Notes under the pieces: generated by a model
Told to the model about the DNA's origin: nothing
The model's database searches: none
The model's input: only the letters and a program-made list of their open reading frames with translations
Made by a program: the position numbers and the translations under genes
Assembly: GCF_006345805.1 (NCBI RefSeq)
Contig: NC_042998.1
Coordinates: 94,240,001 to 94,304,000 of the forward strand
Source of the DNA: Octopus sinensis
Taxonomy: Eukaryota
Length of the DNA stretch: 64,000 bases
Direction: 5' to 3'
Shown here: piece by piece, positions 1 through 13,459 of the stretch
How positions within the stretch are numbered: the stretch's first letter is position 1
Layout of the letters: every line of letters starts with the position of its first letter

Positions 1-725
1 GTAAATATAATTATTAGTGGTAGTTATTATTGTGCATTTATATGCTACGTTCTGGGTAAGACATTGTCCTAATAATGGACAGCAGGATTTAACTCTACCC
101 CCTTAATTGTCTGCTAATATCTTGTTTTAAGTTTTCCTTTACCAAGCCTCATGATATTGCTTCAAATAAATCTTGATTTTTATGACTATACCAACTATGA
201 TTTCTGTCTGTTCCCTCAGCCCTACCCCTAACAGATACTGCCCCTTTGTTCTCTCAACCTTAGATATACAAGGATTTGATAAACTAGTCTATAAATTAAA
301 ACTGACCCCATAAAAACAAAAAAATCAGTGACAGGCAGAGTCTGTAACAATGTACATCTTCTTGATACCTTAGTAGCTTCTATGCTGGAGTGAAGGCAGA
401 ATGTTCTTTGTCTATCTCCTTAACTTCTTGGAGATTTCAGGTATAATTATACTAATGTGTCCATCTGTTTTAATTTAATTAAATTCTATGTCTTTGTGCA
501 GCTGAGGATTGCTCTGCATTTAAATTGATGTAATGATTGCATTGTTAAATTAAATGGAGTTGCATGAAACGATCGCACTGCATTACCTCTGGATATCCTT
601 GTTGCTTATTTTGATTTTAATCACCTTACTTTGAAATAGTATGGATGATACTAAATTGTACTAAATTCTGGTGCCTCAACTTAGGTACCATATTCATCTG
701 AATCTCTCTCTCTCTCTCTCTCTCT

Positions 726-771
<46 letters not shown>

Positions 772-772
<1 letters not shown>

Positions 773-3033
773 TAGCACTATGACCTGGCGTTGCCGGGTC
801 TAGTGCTAGTGCTTGTTGTTCGTTGCCGGGTCGCAGTAAAAATTTCTCACTAAATCAAGAGCTAGGTTTCTTATCATATTTCAGCCTGGGCCAGTTTTGT
901 TGCTTATGAGTTAGTTGGAGCTTTTTATGAGAGTAATTAATATTCATTGGACTTCGGTTTTCACACCTGGAATGGCATAATCATGGAAAATTAGCAGGAC
1001 TGTGCACATGCCATTAGTCAGACAAAAAAGGAGGCAGAAGAAAGCAAAAAACTTGAATTTGGCCACAAAATAGCATGATTTTGAAAAAAACACATAAATC
1101 TCATTTGTTGAGTTTCGTTTCACACCCAACCCAGTTCTGCACAATAAGTGTCGCGACGGGAACGCATGGGTTGGGAGTTTGACTGGCAGAGATGATGAAG
1201 TTGCACATGCCAGCCCTTTTGACAACAACCCCCCTCATCTAACCACCTCGTCCTATGAGTGCATAGCAATGGTGGGAAGAAAAATGCTGATTTCGGCAAA
1301 AAGGCAGAGCAATTAGAGCACAAAAAACAGCATTCAAAGTGATTTTATGAGTATGACGCATTGAAGCAAGTAACGCAGTAAGGTCAATAGTTATAAGTTC
1401 ATGACACATAGAAGCACGTAAGACATCAAGGTTAACTAAGGTATAAATAATAGGTATGCCTTTTCGCCGGAAGGCTAATTGGGCTCCCGATCCACTGAAA
1501 CGGAGGAGGTTAGGTTTGGAACACAACTAAGCCTTCAACTACAACCTAGACTAACCTTACAGAAGGGGGCTCGGGAGCCTCTAATAGGCAGCTTTTAATC
1601 CTGATCTGTCGCTAACCCATCCTAGGGATTCTAAATGACATGGCTGTGGAGATGTGCATAGTGGGTTTGTTTCGGGGGAGGACGACTGCATTGGATTAAG
1701 GACCATTGAAGAATGTAGCTTTGGAGATCGGCATTGGCAAAACTTACAAAAATTTACCGACAGCCTTCACAAAAAGGGACCTAGCCCTTTAACCTAACTT
1801 AATAAACATCTGACAAAGTGAGAATTGTTTTCATTGAGGATAGCATTGGTATACCAATGCATTTATAAATGCTTATCCAAAATCTCGTAAACAATATTGC
1901 GGGTTTTACCCTCAGGGGCGTATACAAACAGGGCATTCCTACTTCCAATATGGGAGCAGGCAATATTAAGTTGCCCATGCAAAAAGCAGGGCTCGCCCAG
2001 ATGTATTCTCACGACTGAGAGTGTCTGTCCTTGCGATTTGTTAATTGACATCGCAAAGCAAGGCTTCACCGGAAATTGCATCTGCTGGAAAGTGAAGGGA
2101 ATGTCCGATGGTGCAGAAAATATATCCATTCTTGCAATGAAGACGGTTTCCCCCTTTCCTTGTCTCATTTTAATGGTCACCTCAATCAAGTCAGCGGACA
2201 ATGACTTGACGACCAATCACGTGCCGTTGCACTGTGTGAGCCGCAGAGTGTGAGGTGGAAGCCCTGATGGCATCAAAGCATTCAAAAAGTCGACCAGGTA
2301 TTTGGCAGCATCCTGTGGGTCTGGGATTCTGTCAATCGACTTGTACACACGTTTTTCTCATTTTAAATCCTACTTGAATAAAACATCCTGGGCTCTCGCT
2401 GGATAACTTAAATCAACCGAAAGCATAAAAGTAAAGCCCTTCCTAAATAGATTCATTGAATAGGCTCCAACTCTTTTATGGCATACTTAAGGAATGATAG
2501 CATATCAAGCATATTTGGTCTTTCACGAAAATCCCACTCTCTTGCCATTCACTTGGTCTAACTCGTTAATTATTCCCTGCATTTCTCAAATCAAAAAAGC
2601 TTGCACATTTGAAAGCCAAAACATATGATAACGCATCTTCACAAAACACAAAAATGCACTGAGTCATACAGACTGTCTGCAAAAGCACATGTGCATTCAA
2701 CTGTCAAGGGTAAAATTATCTCCGTCAAATCAAAAAACAGTTAGCAGTCTACTGGCATATCTAGCTGTACGCATACACCACGAACAAATTTCTATGTTTT
2801 AGCAATTTTGAAGGGATATGCCCATAACTTATGGGCATAAGGGGTCAGTTTATCAACTTTTTTAATGGCTTTCTGGGGTGACTGGAGAAATTAAAAGATC
2901 TTCACGACCCCAATCAGACAGTTTTGAAAGCCCATAGAAAATGTGAGCCTTTTATGTGAAAAACTGTGGATTTGTATAAAGGACACACGGACACACAGAT
3001 ACACGGACATTATGCCATTTATAGATATAGAGA
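772..3033 (-). mobile_element. Internally deleted Helitron with both termini
   Basis: Minus strand begins A|TCTCTATATCTATAAATGGC at 3033 and ends in a GC hairpin plus CTAG|T at 772-775, inserted at an AT within (TA)n. Carries a helicase fragment. Confidence 0.85.
1863..2345 (-). pseudogene. Helitron Pif1-family helicase C-terminal fragment
   Basis: Translates to DFLNALMPSGLPPHTLRL..CNGT*LVVKSL and QFPVKPCFAMSINKSQGQTL..HGQLNIACS..KTRNIVYE, matching canonical Helitron helicase motifs. Has an in-frame stop and an internal deletion. Confidence 0.9.
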
Positions 3034-3221
3034 TATATACATATGCACAGATAAACTTATACATGTACAGTGCAAAAGCATCTGGAAAGTAGAAATTGCT
3101 ATTAGTGTCTCCAAGATTGCTATAGTAATGCATATATGTACGTGTGGATGTTCATGCCTTTATGTATATATGTGTATCTGCATATATGCATATATAAATG
3201 AGTATGTATATGTGTATGTAT

Positions 3222-3258
<37 letters not shown>

Positions 3259-3816
3259 TAAGAGTAGGTGTGTGGATGTTTGGATTTATTTATTTTGTTT
3301 TATATGATTTGTTATGTGTTTTACAACCATTTTTATGACAGTATTGAATTTATACCATGTCAATATATTCTCAATTAACATTTGCTGTGGATCCTTTTAA
3401 ACTGTTTATTTAAATAACATTATGTTTCTGTATAAATTTTTAATGCCGCCATCAATTTCTTTTTGTCCACTTCATCTTTGCATATTTATAAGTCAATATT
3501 TTGTCTTTAATCATAAAGTGGAGCCAGAAATGCCAACCCACCCAGGTTTTTATGACATGTAAAAAAATTTTAAAACCAGCTGTTTTATATAAAATCAGCT
3601 GTTTTGTCAATAAGGTCAATATATACACAAGATATCCAAAAATGTCTGAAGGCACATGGCTGAGTGATTAAAATGTTGACCTTACTTCCATAAAGTTCTG
3701 GATTCAGTTCATTGAGAGGGTGGTTCATTGTCTCCTTGAGCAAGACACTTCATTTCATATTGTTATATATCAACTTGGCTAAAAACAATGACTACAAGCC
3801 TAGTGCTGGGGCAGCC

Positions 3817-3854
<38 letters not shown>

Positions 3855-3899
3855 CATGTCAGCACCTCACATATCTATATGTCTTTATATATCATCATA

Positions 3900-4260
3900 A
3901 TCATCATCATCTTTTCATGTCTTTATCCATGGTGGCATGGGTCAGATGGTTTAACCAGGGCTGGTAAGCTGGAACGCTGCACCAGACTCCAGTCTGATTT
4001 GGCATGGTTTTCTATGGCTAGATGCCCTTCCTAATGCCAACCACTCCAAGAGTGTAATGGGCATTTTAACATGCCACTGGCACAGGTACCATTTGCATGA
4101 CACCAGTATCGCCATGACTGTAATTTTGCTCGGCTTCATGGGTTTTCTCAAGCATGACATAATGCCAAAGGTCTCGGCCATTGCCTCCATGAGGCCCTAC
4201 ACACGAAAGGAACTCAGCCACTTTGCCTCCATGAGGTCCAATTCAGCCATTTTGCCTATG
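3900..4260 (-). mobile_element. Short RTE 3'-end derivative with (GAT)n tail
   Basis: Reverse complement of GGAGTGGTTGGCATTAGGAAGGGCATC...CCAACCCATG...(GAT)n, shared with the RTE 3' end at 21150-21330. Further copies near 5510, 6030, 6370, 9055, 12870, 16040, 22480, 27930, 28910, 31255, 31670, 34620, 35860, 41700, 48410 and 49640. Confidence 0.8.
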
Positions 4261-4422
4261 TATATATATATATATATATATATATAGTTGATAGCTTGTT
4301 ACCTTGGTGACCAAATCAGCAGTAAAGGAGGGTGCTCTAAAAGCAGAGTAGTTAGAAAAAGAACTGTGTGGAAATAGTTCAGGGAACTATTACTTCTATT
4401 TACAAGGAGACACTCTCCCCAC

Positions 4423-4503
<81 letters not shown>

Positions 4504-4955
4504 CTATCACATCCAGGATGATCCACTGTTTCAAGGTTGGGAAGGTCACAAAAGTGCCTGTGTCCGCTCATGACTACATGAGCACCTATATCAATTAGCA
4601 ACAGCATTGTACATGTTCCTTAGGCTTGCTTTGTATAATGGCCAAGATTTGTTTGTTGGGTTACTTTTTGTTTTTCACTTGTTTTGTTTTGTTTTTTTAT
4701 CTACAACAGATGCAAGTGTGGCTGTGTGGTTAATAAACCAACTTCCCAACCACTCAGTTCCACTGAATGCTATCCCAGGCAACTGTTTCTACCATAACCC
4801 CAGGTTAATTAAAAGCCTGACAAGTGGATTTAGTAGACATACTAAACTGAAAGAAGCTAACATACATACATACATACATACACACACACATACACATACA
4901 CATACATACACATACATACATACATACACACACACAAATACATACACACACACAT

Positions 4956-4988
<33 letters not shown>

Positions 4989-5340
4989 TACATACATACA
5001 TACATACATACATACATACATACATACATAACCGATAATAATTGGAGCAATAGATTTTTTTTAGTAAACACTTAAAAGAGAATCTGGATAAATTGGGATT
5101 TTCAGAAAAAGAAATCGACCGACTCATTCCTATATAACAAGAGCAGTCTGTGAGTGGAACAATAAAAAATGCAAGACTTTTCTCAAGTTCCAAATGTGAA
5201 TTTGTCTGTGTTAACTACATCCCAATGATGGAGCTTTGTATCTTTGTTGGAAACCGGCTCCCTCCTTAGTGGAAGATTTATAATAATTAAAAAATAGAAG
5301 AGACTACATACATACATGCATACATACATACATACATACA

Positions 5341-5372
<32 letters not shown>

Positions 5373-5756
5373 CACATACATACATACATGCATGCATGCA
5401 TGCAAGCATACATATATACATACATACATACATACATACATACATACACACATACATACATACATACATACATACATACATACATACATACATGTAGAAA
5501 TATACATATATGTCATCATCATAATTTAACATCTATTTTCCATGCTGACATGGATTGGACAGTTTGACCAGAACTGCCAAACTGGTAAGCTGCACCAGAC
5601 TCCAGTCTGCTTTGGCATGGTTTTTATGGTTGGATGGCCCTCCTAACACCAACTACTTTACAGAGTGTGACGGGTGATTTTATGTGGCACCACCCAGATG
5701 TTTTTATGTGGCACCACACAGGCACTTCACATGTGTGTTTTTACATGATGAGTGTA

Positions 5757-5794
<38 letters not shown>

Positions 5795-6584
5795 AGCCCA
5801 TGCATGTGTGTGTACATATGTGTGTGTATGAATATCCCAATTAATGAATCCCATTTTCATGTCCCCCCACCTCCAAACCATATCATCCACGATCCATGGC
5901 TGCTCTCCACCACCACCACCACCACCACCACCATCTTGATAACACTTTTTCTTACTTGCAACCAAGAACCATCTCACTTGATATTCATTCTTTATCCATT
6001 AATATTGTTCCCCATACCCACATGTTACAGTGGCCACATGTTACACTGTAAAGTGATTGATGTCAGCAAGGGCATCCAGTCATAGAAAACCATGCCAGAA
6101 CAGAGATGTGAGTACAATGCAGTCCTAGACTCACTGGGTCCTTGTCAAACCATCCAACTCATGCCAGCATGGAACATGGACATTAAAGGATGACGATGAC
6201 AATAGTGATGATGACAATGGTGATGACAACGATGATGATGAGAACAATGACAACAATGATAATGATAATGATGATGGTGTGTGTGTGAGTGAATGTATGT
6301 GTGTGTATGTGTGTGTCTATGTGTGTGTATGTGTGTGTGTGTGTACATGTATGTAAATGTACATGAGTTGATGTCTCCCATTTCCGGGTGATGTCTGTCA
6401 TTTCCAATCTTGTCCACCCTTGGGAAAATATTACTTTACATGGAAACAGGTAAGGTTTGGTGGCAGGGAGGGAGTTCAGCCACAGAAAATCTACCTCAAC
6501 AAACTCCAACCAATCTATGTGAATACAGGAAAGAGACATTCGAACCATGATGATGATGTTTTGATCCATTATATTCTTTTATTT

Positions 6585-7040
6585 GTTTTAGTCCTTTGAC
6601 TGCTGCCATGCTGGAGCACCACCTTTAGCCAAGCAAATCAGTCCCAGGACTTATTCTTAGTAAGCCTAGTACTTATTTTATCAGTCTCTTTTGCCAAACT
6701 GCTAAGTTACGGAGACAGCATCGGATGTCAAGCAATGTTGGGGGAACAAATGCAGACACACAAACATATACACACACATACATGCATACATACATAAATA
6801 TGCATGTATGTGTGTGTATATGTTTGTATATGTTTGTATATGTATGTATGTAAAAAATGTTTAATTTTGTATGTATGTATATATATGACAGGCTTCTTTC
6901 GGTTTCTGTCTACCAAATCCATTCACAAGGCTTTGGTCAGCCTGAGGCTATAGTAGAAGACACTTGCCCAAGGTGCCACGCAGTGGGACTGAACCCAGAG
7001 CCATATGGTTGGTAAACAAGCTTCTTACCATACAGCCACC
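6585..7040 (-). mobile_element. tRNA-headed SINE, family A
   Basis: Reverse copy of the head GGCTGTGTGGTAAG..GGGTTCAGTCCCACTGCGTGGCACCTTGGG, with internal microsatellite and tail GGTGCTCCAGCATGGC..GACTGAAACAAGTAAAAG. Confidence 0.8.
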
Positions 7041-7415
7041 TACAGACTTTGTAGCAGAAATTCTTCTTAAAGAGTACTGGAGCTAGACTAAGGACAGAAT
7101 TGGCTAAGAAGAGTTAATTTTGCAGATATGTTGAGATCTTATCAACTTGGAAAAATAGATGTAAAAAGTGTGGGTGATTAAATTATATTTTATGTTGCAG
7201 GCAATATGCCATTATATGTGTTCTGACTAGTTATTGTTGTTGTTATTGTTGTTGTTGCTGCTGCAGCTCCTACTGCTGTTGTTTTTATTGTTGTAAATAT
7301 CATTGCTATGGTAACGTTTCATACACTAGTTGACCTTCTGAACAACTTATCGGCAATATCAGATACATGTGCATGCTTGTGCATGTGTATGTATATATAT
7401 ATATATATGTATGTG

Positions 7416-7516
<101 letters not shown>

Positions 7517-8627
7517 TGTATGTGCAAGTGTGTGTACATGTGTGTATAAATATGTTTATGTGAATAGGTGTTTGAGTTTATATATGTATGCATGTGTGTA
7601 ATCAGATGTGTGCAAGAGTGTGTGTACGCAAATGCTATATGCATATTTATATGTATGCATATGATGGGTGTGCAAATACGTTTGTGTATGTGTCTGTGTG
7701 TGTGTGTGTATGTGTGTGTGTGCGTGTCTATATATGGTATATGTCGGTGTGGGCATGTGTCCGTATATATGCTATGTGTATATGTGCATACATGTATGCA
7801 CTTGCTCATGTACATATGGATGTATGTGTGTTTGAGATTTATACATGTCTGTGTATGCATATGTTGAGTGACAATATGTATGTTTCTATATGTGTCCATA
7901 TATGGTATATGTGTATGTACATGAACACATATCGTATTTGTGTGTGAAGTGAGTTCAGCTATGCGTATATATATGTGTCTACATCTAGTGTATGCACATG
8001 TTATACATGTATATGTCTCGATGTATATGCTCATGTATGAAGTATGTATGTATGTAATTTGTTTTTTTTAATTTCTTTTACATAATTAGTAAATATCGTT
8101 TAGACATTCTTCTTTTGGTTTCATTTTCTCTGCAATGGTCATATTTGATACCAAAGATAAAGCTGAATGTTTTGGTGAAAATGGAACACAACATAGTTTA
8201 TGTTATAATAAATAGTGGAACTTGTATAACTTTACAGCAATAGTTTCAGATGTAGTAAAAATGTTAGGAATTGGTAAAATTCCAAATTTGAATGTTGGTA
8301 CAGCCTACTAAATTCTCTTAATATCGGAATTATGTTTGTGAGGGTGGATAAATGATATTTCATATTTATTACCAGCATAAGCACAAGGCTGAAAATTTGT
8401 GGTGAGAGTTGAGATGACGTATAATACAATATAATATATATATATATACACACGTACATACATACATACAGACATACATACATACATATATATGTATATA
8501 CTATATAAACTATATATGTATATATATACATATATATATATATACATTATACATATATATATATATACTATATATACTATATATATATAATTATATACAA
8601 ACACACACACACGCACACACACATATA

Positions 8628-8945
8628 GGCACAGGAGTGGGTGTGTGGTAAGAAGCTTGCTTCTCAAACATGTGGTTCTGGGTTCAGTCCCACTGCATGG
8701 CTCCTTGGGAAAGTGTCATCTACTATAGCTCTAGGCTGACCAAAGCCTTATAAGTGGATTTGGTAGAGGGAAACTGAAAGAAGCCTGTCGTATATATATG
8801 TATATATGTGTGTGCATATGTTCCTCCATCACCACTTGACAACTGATGTTGGTGTGTTTACATCCCTGTAACTTAGTGGTTCAGCAAAAGAGACCACTAG
8901 AATAAGTACCGGGCTTAAAAAATAAGTCCTGAGGTTGATTCATTA
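8628..8945 (+). mobile_element. tRNA-headed SINE, family A
   Basis: A-box-like GTGTGGTAAG and B-box-like GGTTCAGTCC, with body shared by other copies. Confidence 0.8.
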
Positions 8946-8984
8946 TAATTAGATTCAATCTCATAAAGAACTTCATATGCTTGA

Positions 8985-9054
<70 letters not shown>

Positions 9055-9330
9055 TCGTCTGGCACCTGTGTCGGTGGCACATAAAATCACCCACTACACT
9101 CTCGGAGTGGTTGGCGTTAGGAAGGGCATCCAGCTGTAGAAACACTGCCAGATCTGACTGGACTGGTGCAGCTTTCGGGCTCCCCAGACCCCAGTTGAAC
9201 CGTCCAACCCATGCTAGCATGGAAAGCGGACGTTAAATGATGATGATGATGATGATGATGATATACATATATATATATATACATACATATATAGGCACAG
9301 GAGAGGTTGTTTGGTAAGTAGCTTGCTTAC

Positions 9331-10835
9331 TTGGCTTCAGGTTACCCAGAGTGCATTTCGTTTGTCGTTTGTGTGTCAGTCAGACGTTATTTTTTTTTTG
9401 CTGCTTTGAGAGGGTAGAGACAATGTATTCAGACTTTAGCAGGCCGGAGTTGTCTTCAGCGGAGGAGGAACTCATGAAGGTAGTGGAAAAAATGGATAAA
9501 ATATTGGAAAAAACAAAGAGTTTTGCTGAGGCTGCGAAGGTGAAGAGAAGTGAACCTAGCTACTTTGAAGGAGTATGACACGATGACACAGAGGGTGGAT
9601 GGCAAGTGAAGTTGTTGCCCCCTAAAAGAATCACGGAAAACAGGGAGAAAAAAAAACATCTCCTACAAGGTGCACTCTTTGGAGAACAAGAAGGTTGAAC
9701 AGGTGGAAGCAGCAAAAATAGAAAAGGCACTGAGGGAACAATCAAGCCAAATTATGTAATATAACAAGAGGAAGCAAATACAGGACGTTGGTTGTCCAGT
9801 TTAAGACAGTGGAAGAGGCGAGGAGGCTGGCGAGTGTAGCAGCGAGGACAGGAAGTGGTGCTTGTGCCTACATATTTTGGAAGAAAGACTTCCAAGGTAA
9901 GGGTGGAAGGAATCCCACCCAATATAGAAGTGGCTTGGGTTGCGGCAGCCGACCTCGTTGAAGTGAGGAGGAGGTGGCTGTCCTCCAAGCCACAGAAACG
10001 GAGGAAGGAGGATGGAGAGGAAAAATACTGGACCTCATTATACAGGCAGAGGAGAGGCATTTGGAGAGTTTGGCAGAGACAGTGACGTTGGGAGAGATTG
10101 TTTTAAGAGTGTGGGTGGAGGGCAGAGTCCCACAATGCTTTAAATGTGGCCAAATGGGCCACATTAGAGCCCACTGCCCTCTACAGAGGAAAATAACAGA
10201 AGCAGTTGTGGAGATGGAGGAGAAAAGGGAAGAAGAAGAGATAGACGGAAGGAACAAAGAGGAAGAGTGGATAGTGACAGAGCATAAAAGGAAGAAGAGA
10301 AAGAAGAGGAAGAACAGTGAATATGATGTGGTACCCCAGACCAACTCCATCCCACCCAAGACCACACAGACCCATCCTTCCCATCAGACACCAAACCCAC
10401 CCACCCCCCTTTCCCACAGGAAAAATAAGAAGAAAGAACAGACACCACAAAATTTACAAGATCCCCTCCCTCAGTGAAAAAGGTTATGTCTACATGAAGA
10501 TGAGAGTGTTGTCACTCAGTGATGGGGAAAGCGGTAATAGAAGGATTGGACTAGAGACTAAAGAGGACTTAGGACTCAGAGGTGGAGAGTGGTGTTACTC
10601 AGTGTAGGGTGAGTAACACACTTTTCATATTCTCATTTTTCAAGCTATCATTCATGTTATCATAAATTTAATATTTTGCTTTTAATATTTTGATTTTATT
10701 TTTTCATGTTCATTTTCATGTGTCATTCATAGTATTATATTTTATTTTTATATAATTTTAATTGTTATATGTCCCCACATGTTTTGTAGTGTCCCCTCTA
10801 TGTTATGCCTTTATGGCAAAATTTTTGAAATAAAG
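9331..10835 (+). mobile_element. ORF1/gag-only non-LTR retroelement (Tx1/L1-like ORF1)
   Basis: Frameshifted ORF1 with CCHC knuckle, T-rich 3' region ending AATAAAG, flanked by a 12-15 bp duplication (AAG)TAGCTTGCTTAC. No EN or RT sequence visible. Confidence 0.7.
9423..10477 (+). pseudogene. Frameshifted gag-like ORF1 with zinc knuckle
   Basis: Consecutive frames MYSDFSRPELSS../..VLVPTYFGRKTSKVRVEGIPPNIEVAWV../..RVWVEGRVPQCFKCGQMGHIRAHCP (CX2CX4HX4C), followed by a basic and Pro-rich tail. Confidence 0.8.
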
Positions 10836-10837
10836 TA

Positions 10838-12030
10838 TTGGGTTGTCCGGAAAGTTTGTGCCGATTTTTAAAGGAAAGAAAAAGGTCAATAAATACTTGC
10901 CATTACATTTTTAATCAACCAAATATGAACCATTTTGTTGCACAATGCGTCGCCATCTTTCCTTTAACTTGAAAATACCCTCTTCCCAGAATTGAGGTGG
11001 TTTCATGGCAAAGAATTCATCAAGGTGTCTTTTTAACCTCATCCAAGGAATTTTTACCATTAAGACTATTCTGCACAGACCTGAATAAATGGAAATCCAA
11101 AGGAGCAATATCTGGTGAATATGGAGGGTGGTGTAACACATCCCAGCTGAGCTGTAGTAATTTTTGTCTGGTTCCCAAAGAAATGTGCGGTCTTGCATTA
11201 TCATGTTGGAAAACAACACCTTTCCTGTTGGCCAATTTTGGACATTTCTCTTGAATTGCTGCTTTTAACTCATCCACTTGTGTGCAGTATTTCTCAGAAT
11301 TAATTGTCTGGTTACTTGGGTGAAGCAATCCCACCAGACACAAAGCAAGGCATTTTTAGGGTGAAGACCAGTTTTTGGGGTGGCTAAGGGTGGTTCATGT
11401 CGCTTACTCCAGGATCGCTTTCTCTGAACATTTCGGTAGATAATCCATTTCTCATTACCTGTCACAATTTGCTTCAATAAAGGCGCGTTTTCATTCCATT
11501 TATAAAGTGAATCATGTGGTACCCACACATCATAGCAATCTGTGTACCCAAGATTTACCAGGTGCTCATGAGCGACGGATTTTGATAGGTTGAGGCTTTC
11601 TGCCTCAGGTTCTGCAGTATGGGTTATTCTCAATTAATGGCTTGATTTGGTCATCATCTGTAGTGGATGGTCTGCCTGATTGCTCTTAATCAATAAGGCT
11701 ACAATCTCCAGCTTGGAACCTTGCGAACCACTTCTGTACAGTTCTTTTGGCTAAAGAAACATCACTATAAACTGCGCGTATTTCTTTGGTTGCTTGTGAG
11801 GCATTTTTCCCTTTACGGAAAAAGAAAAGCATCAGGTGCCGAAAATGAACTTTCTTATCTTCCAATTTAAAGGGTTACAGAATTAACACAAATTATAGGA
11901 ACATAAACCTTCTTCCACAGTGCTCTAAATGGAGGTGTAGTCAAATCCTATTTTATGGACTCAACCATGTTCTAAAATAAGTCAAAATGTAAGCGACTAC
12001 AAATCGACACGAACTTTCCGGACAACCCAA
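10838..12030 (-). mobile_element. Mariner DNA transposon, defective, both TIRs present
   Basis: 30-bp TIRs TTGGGTTGTCCGGAAAGTT(T/C)GTG(C/T)CGATTT (28/30 identical) with TA on both sides. Frames give WVPHD, VTGNEKW, QHDNARPH, HPPYSPDIAP and KERWRRIVQQNGSY. Confidence 0.95.
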
Positions 12031-12450
12031 TAGCTTGCTTACCAACCACATGGTTCTGGGTTCAGTCCCACTGCATGGCACTTTGGGCAAGTGACTTCTA
12101 CTATAGCCTCAGGCTGACCAAAGCCTTGTAAGTGGATTGGTAGACGGAAACTGAAAGAAGCACGTCGTATGTATATATATATATATATATATGTATATGT
12201 ATGTATGTGTGTGTCTGTGTCTATGTTTGCACCTCCCCCCCCCCTCCAACATTGCTTAAGAACCAATGCTAGTATGTTTACATCCCCGTAAATTAGTGGT
12301 TCAGCAAAAGAGGCCAATAGAATAAATACTAGGCTTACAAAGAATAAGTCCTGGGATCGATTTGCTCAACTAAAGGTGGTGCTCCAGCATGGCCACAGTC
12401 AAACAGTTAAATGACTGGAACAAGTAAAATAATAAAAGAATATATATATA

Positions 12451-12567
<117 letters not shown>

Positions 12568-12669
12568 TATATATAAATATGTATATTTGAAGGTCTTAAT
12601 GCAGTTTTGAAGTGTAAGGGTGATTTTTTAAAAAAATGTTATGAAATTTTTTATCAGGATGTTACTAAC

Positions 12670-12740
<71 letters not shown>

Positions 12741-13170
12741 CTATATAATAGTGACAAATGACCAAGACTTGTGGCAATATACAGTACTTAAGAAGACTTG
12801 TCAAGCCAAGTGAGATCATAGTCATAGCTGATGCTAGTGTTTCATAACTGCCACCCATGCTGGTAACATGCAAAAAGCACCCACTACACTCTTGGAGTGG
12901 TTGGCATTAGGAAGTGAATCCAACTGTAGAAAGCAGGCCAAATCAGATTAAAAACTGGCGTAGCTCCCTAGCTTACCAATTTTCAGTCGAGTCATCCAAC
13001 CCATGATAGCTTGGAAAACAGACATTAAATGATGATGATGATGATGATGATGATAATGCTGATGGTTGTGGTGGTGGTGGTGACGTATGTGTGTGTGTGT
13101 GTATCGATTGATCGATCTATCTATACATCTATCTATCTGTCTCTCTCTCCCTCTCCCTATTTTGTTTAAG

Positions 13171-13211
13171 GTACCCGAAATTTTACACCTTTGGAATTCT
13201 ATTGCAACTAT
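13171..13211 (+). other. Candidate 41-nt micro-exon of an unidentified gene
   Basis: Long pyrimidine tract ending TTTGTTTAAG| and donor |GTAAGC; all three frames open. No protein recognised. Confidence 0.2.
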
Positions 13212-13459
13212 GTAAGCAAAACAGCACCAGCATCAATCTCACTGTCCTCAAAGGGGTCTGCAACAAACATGAGCATTGTCCCTTCATCCAGATCCAGCAA
13301 TTTGAAAAAAAAAAAGGGAAAAAAAGAAGGAAAAAGAGAAATGTATGATCAAACAAAATTAATCATTTTTGAAAATAAAAAAAAATATACATATAAATAT
13401 ATCAAAATAAATATAATCCCTCTAAATATCATTAACGAAAAATGAACATCACAAAAACA

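Larger units (their letters stand above)
9294..12440 (+). mobile_element. SINE family A split by nested insertions (9294-9330 and 12031-12440)
   Basis: Head GGCACAGGAG..GGTAAGTAGCTTGCTTAC stops at 9330 and resumes as TAGCTTGCTTACCAACCACATGG at 12031. Confidence 0.85.

Noticed and set aside
547-615. About 65-bp similarity to 52459-52520
   Set aside because: Short dispersed repeat fragment with no assignable family or structure.
8628-8710. tRNA-like sequences at SINE heads
   Set aside because: No complete cloverleaf, and they continue into SINE bodies; not tRNA genes.
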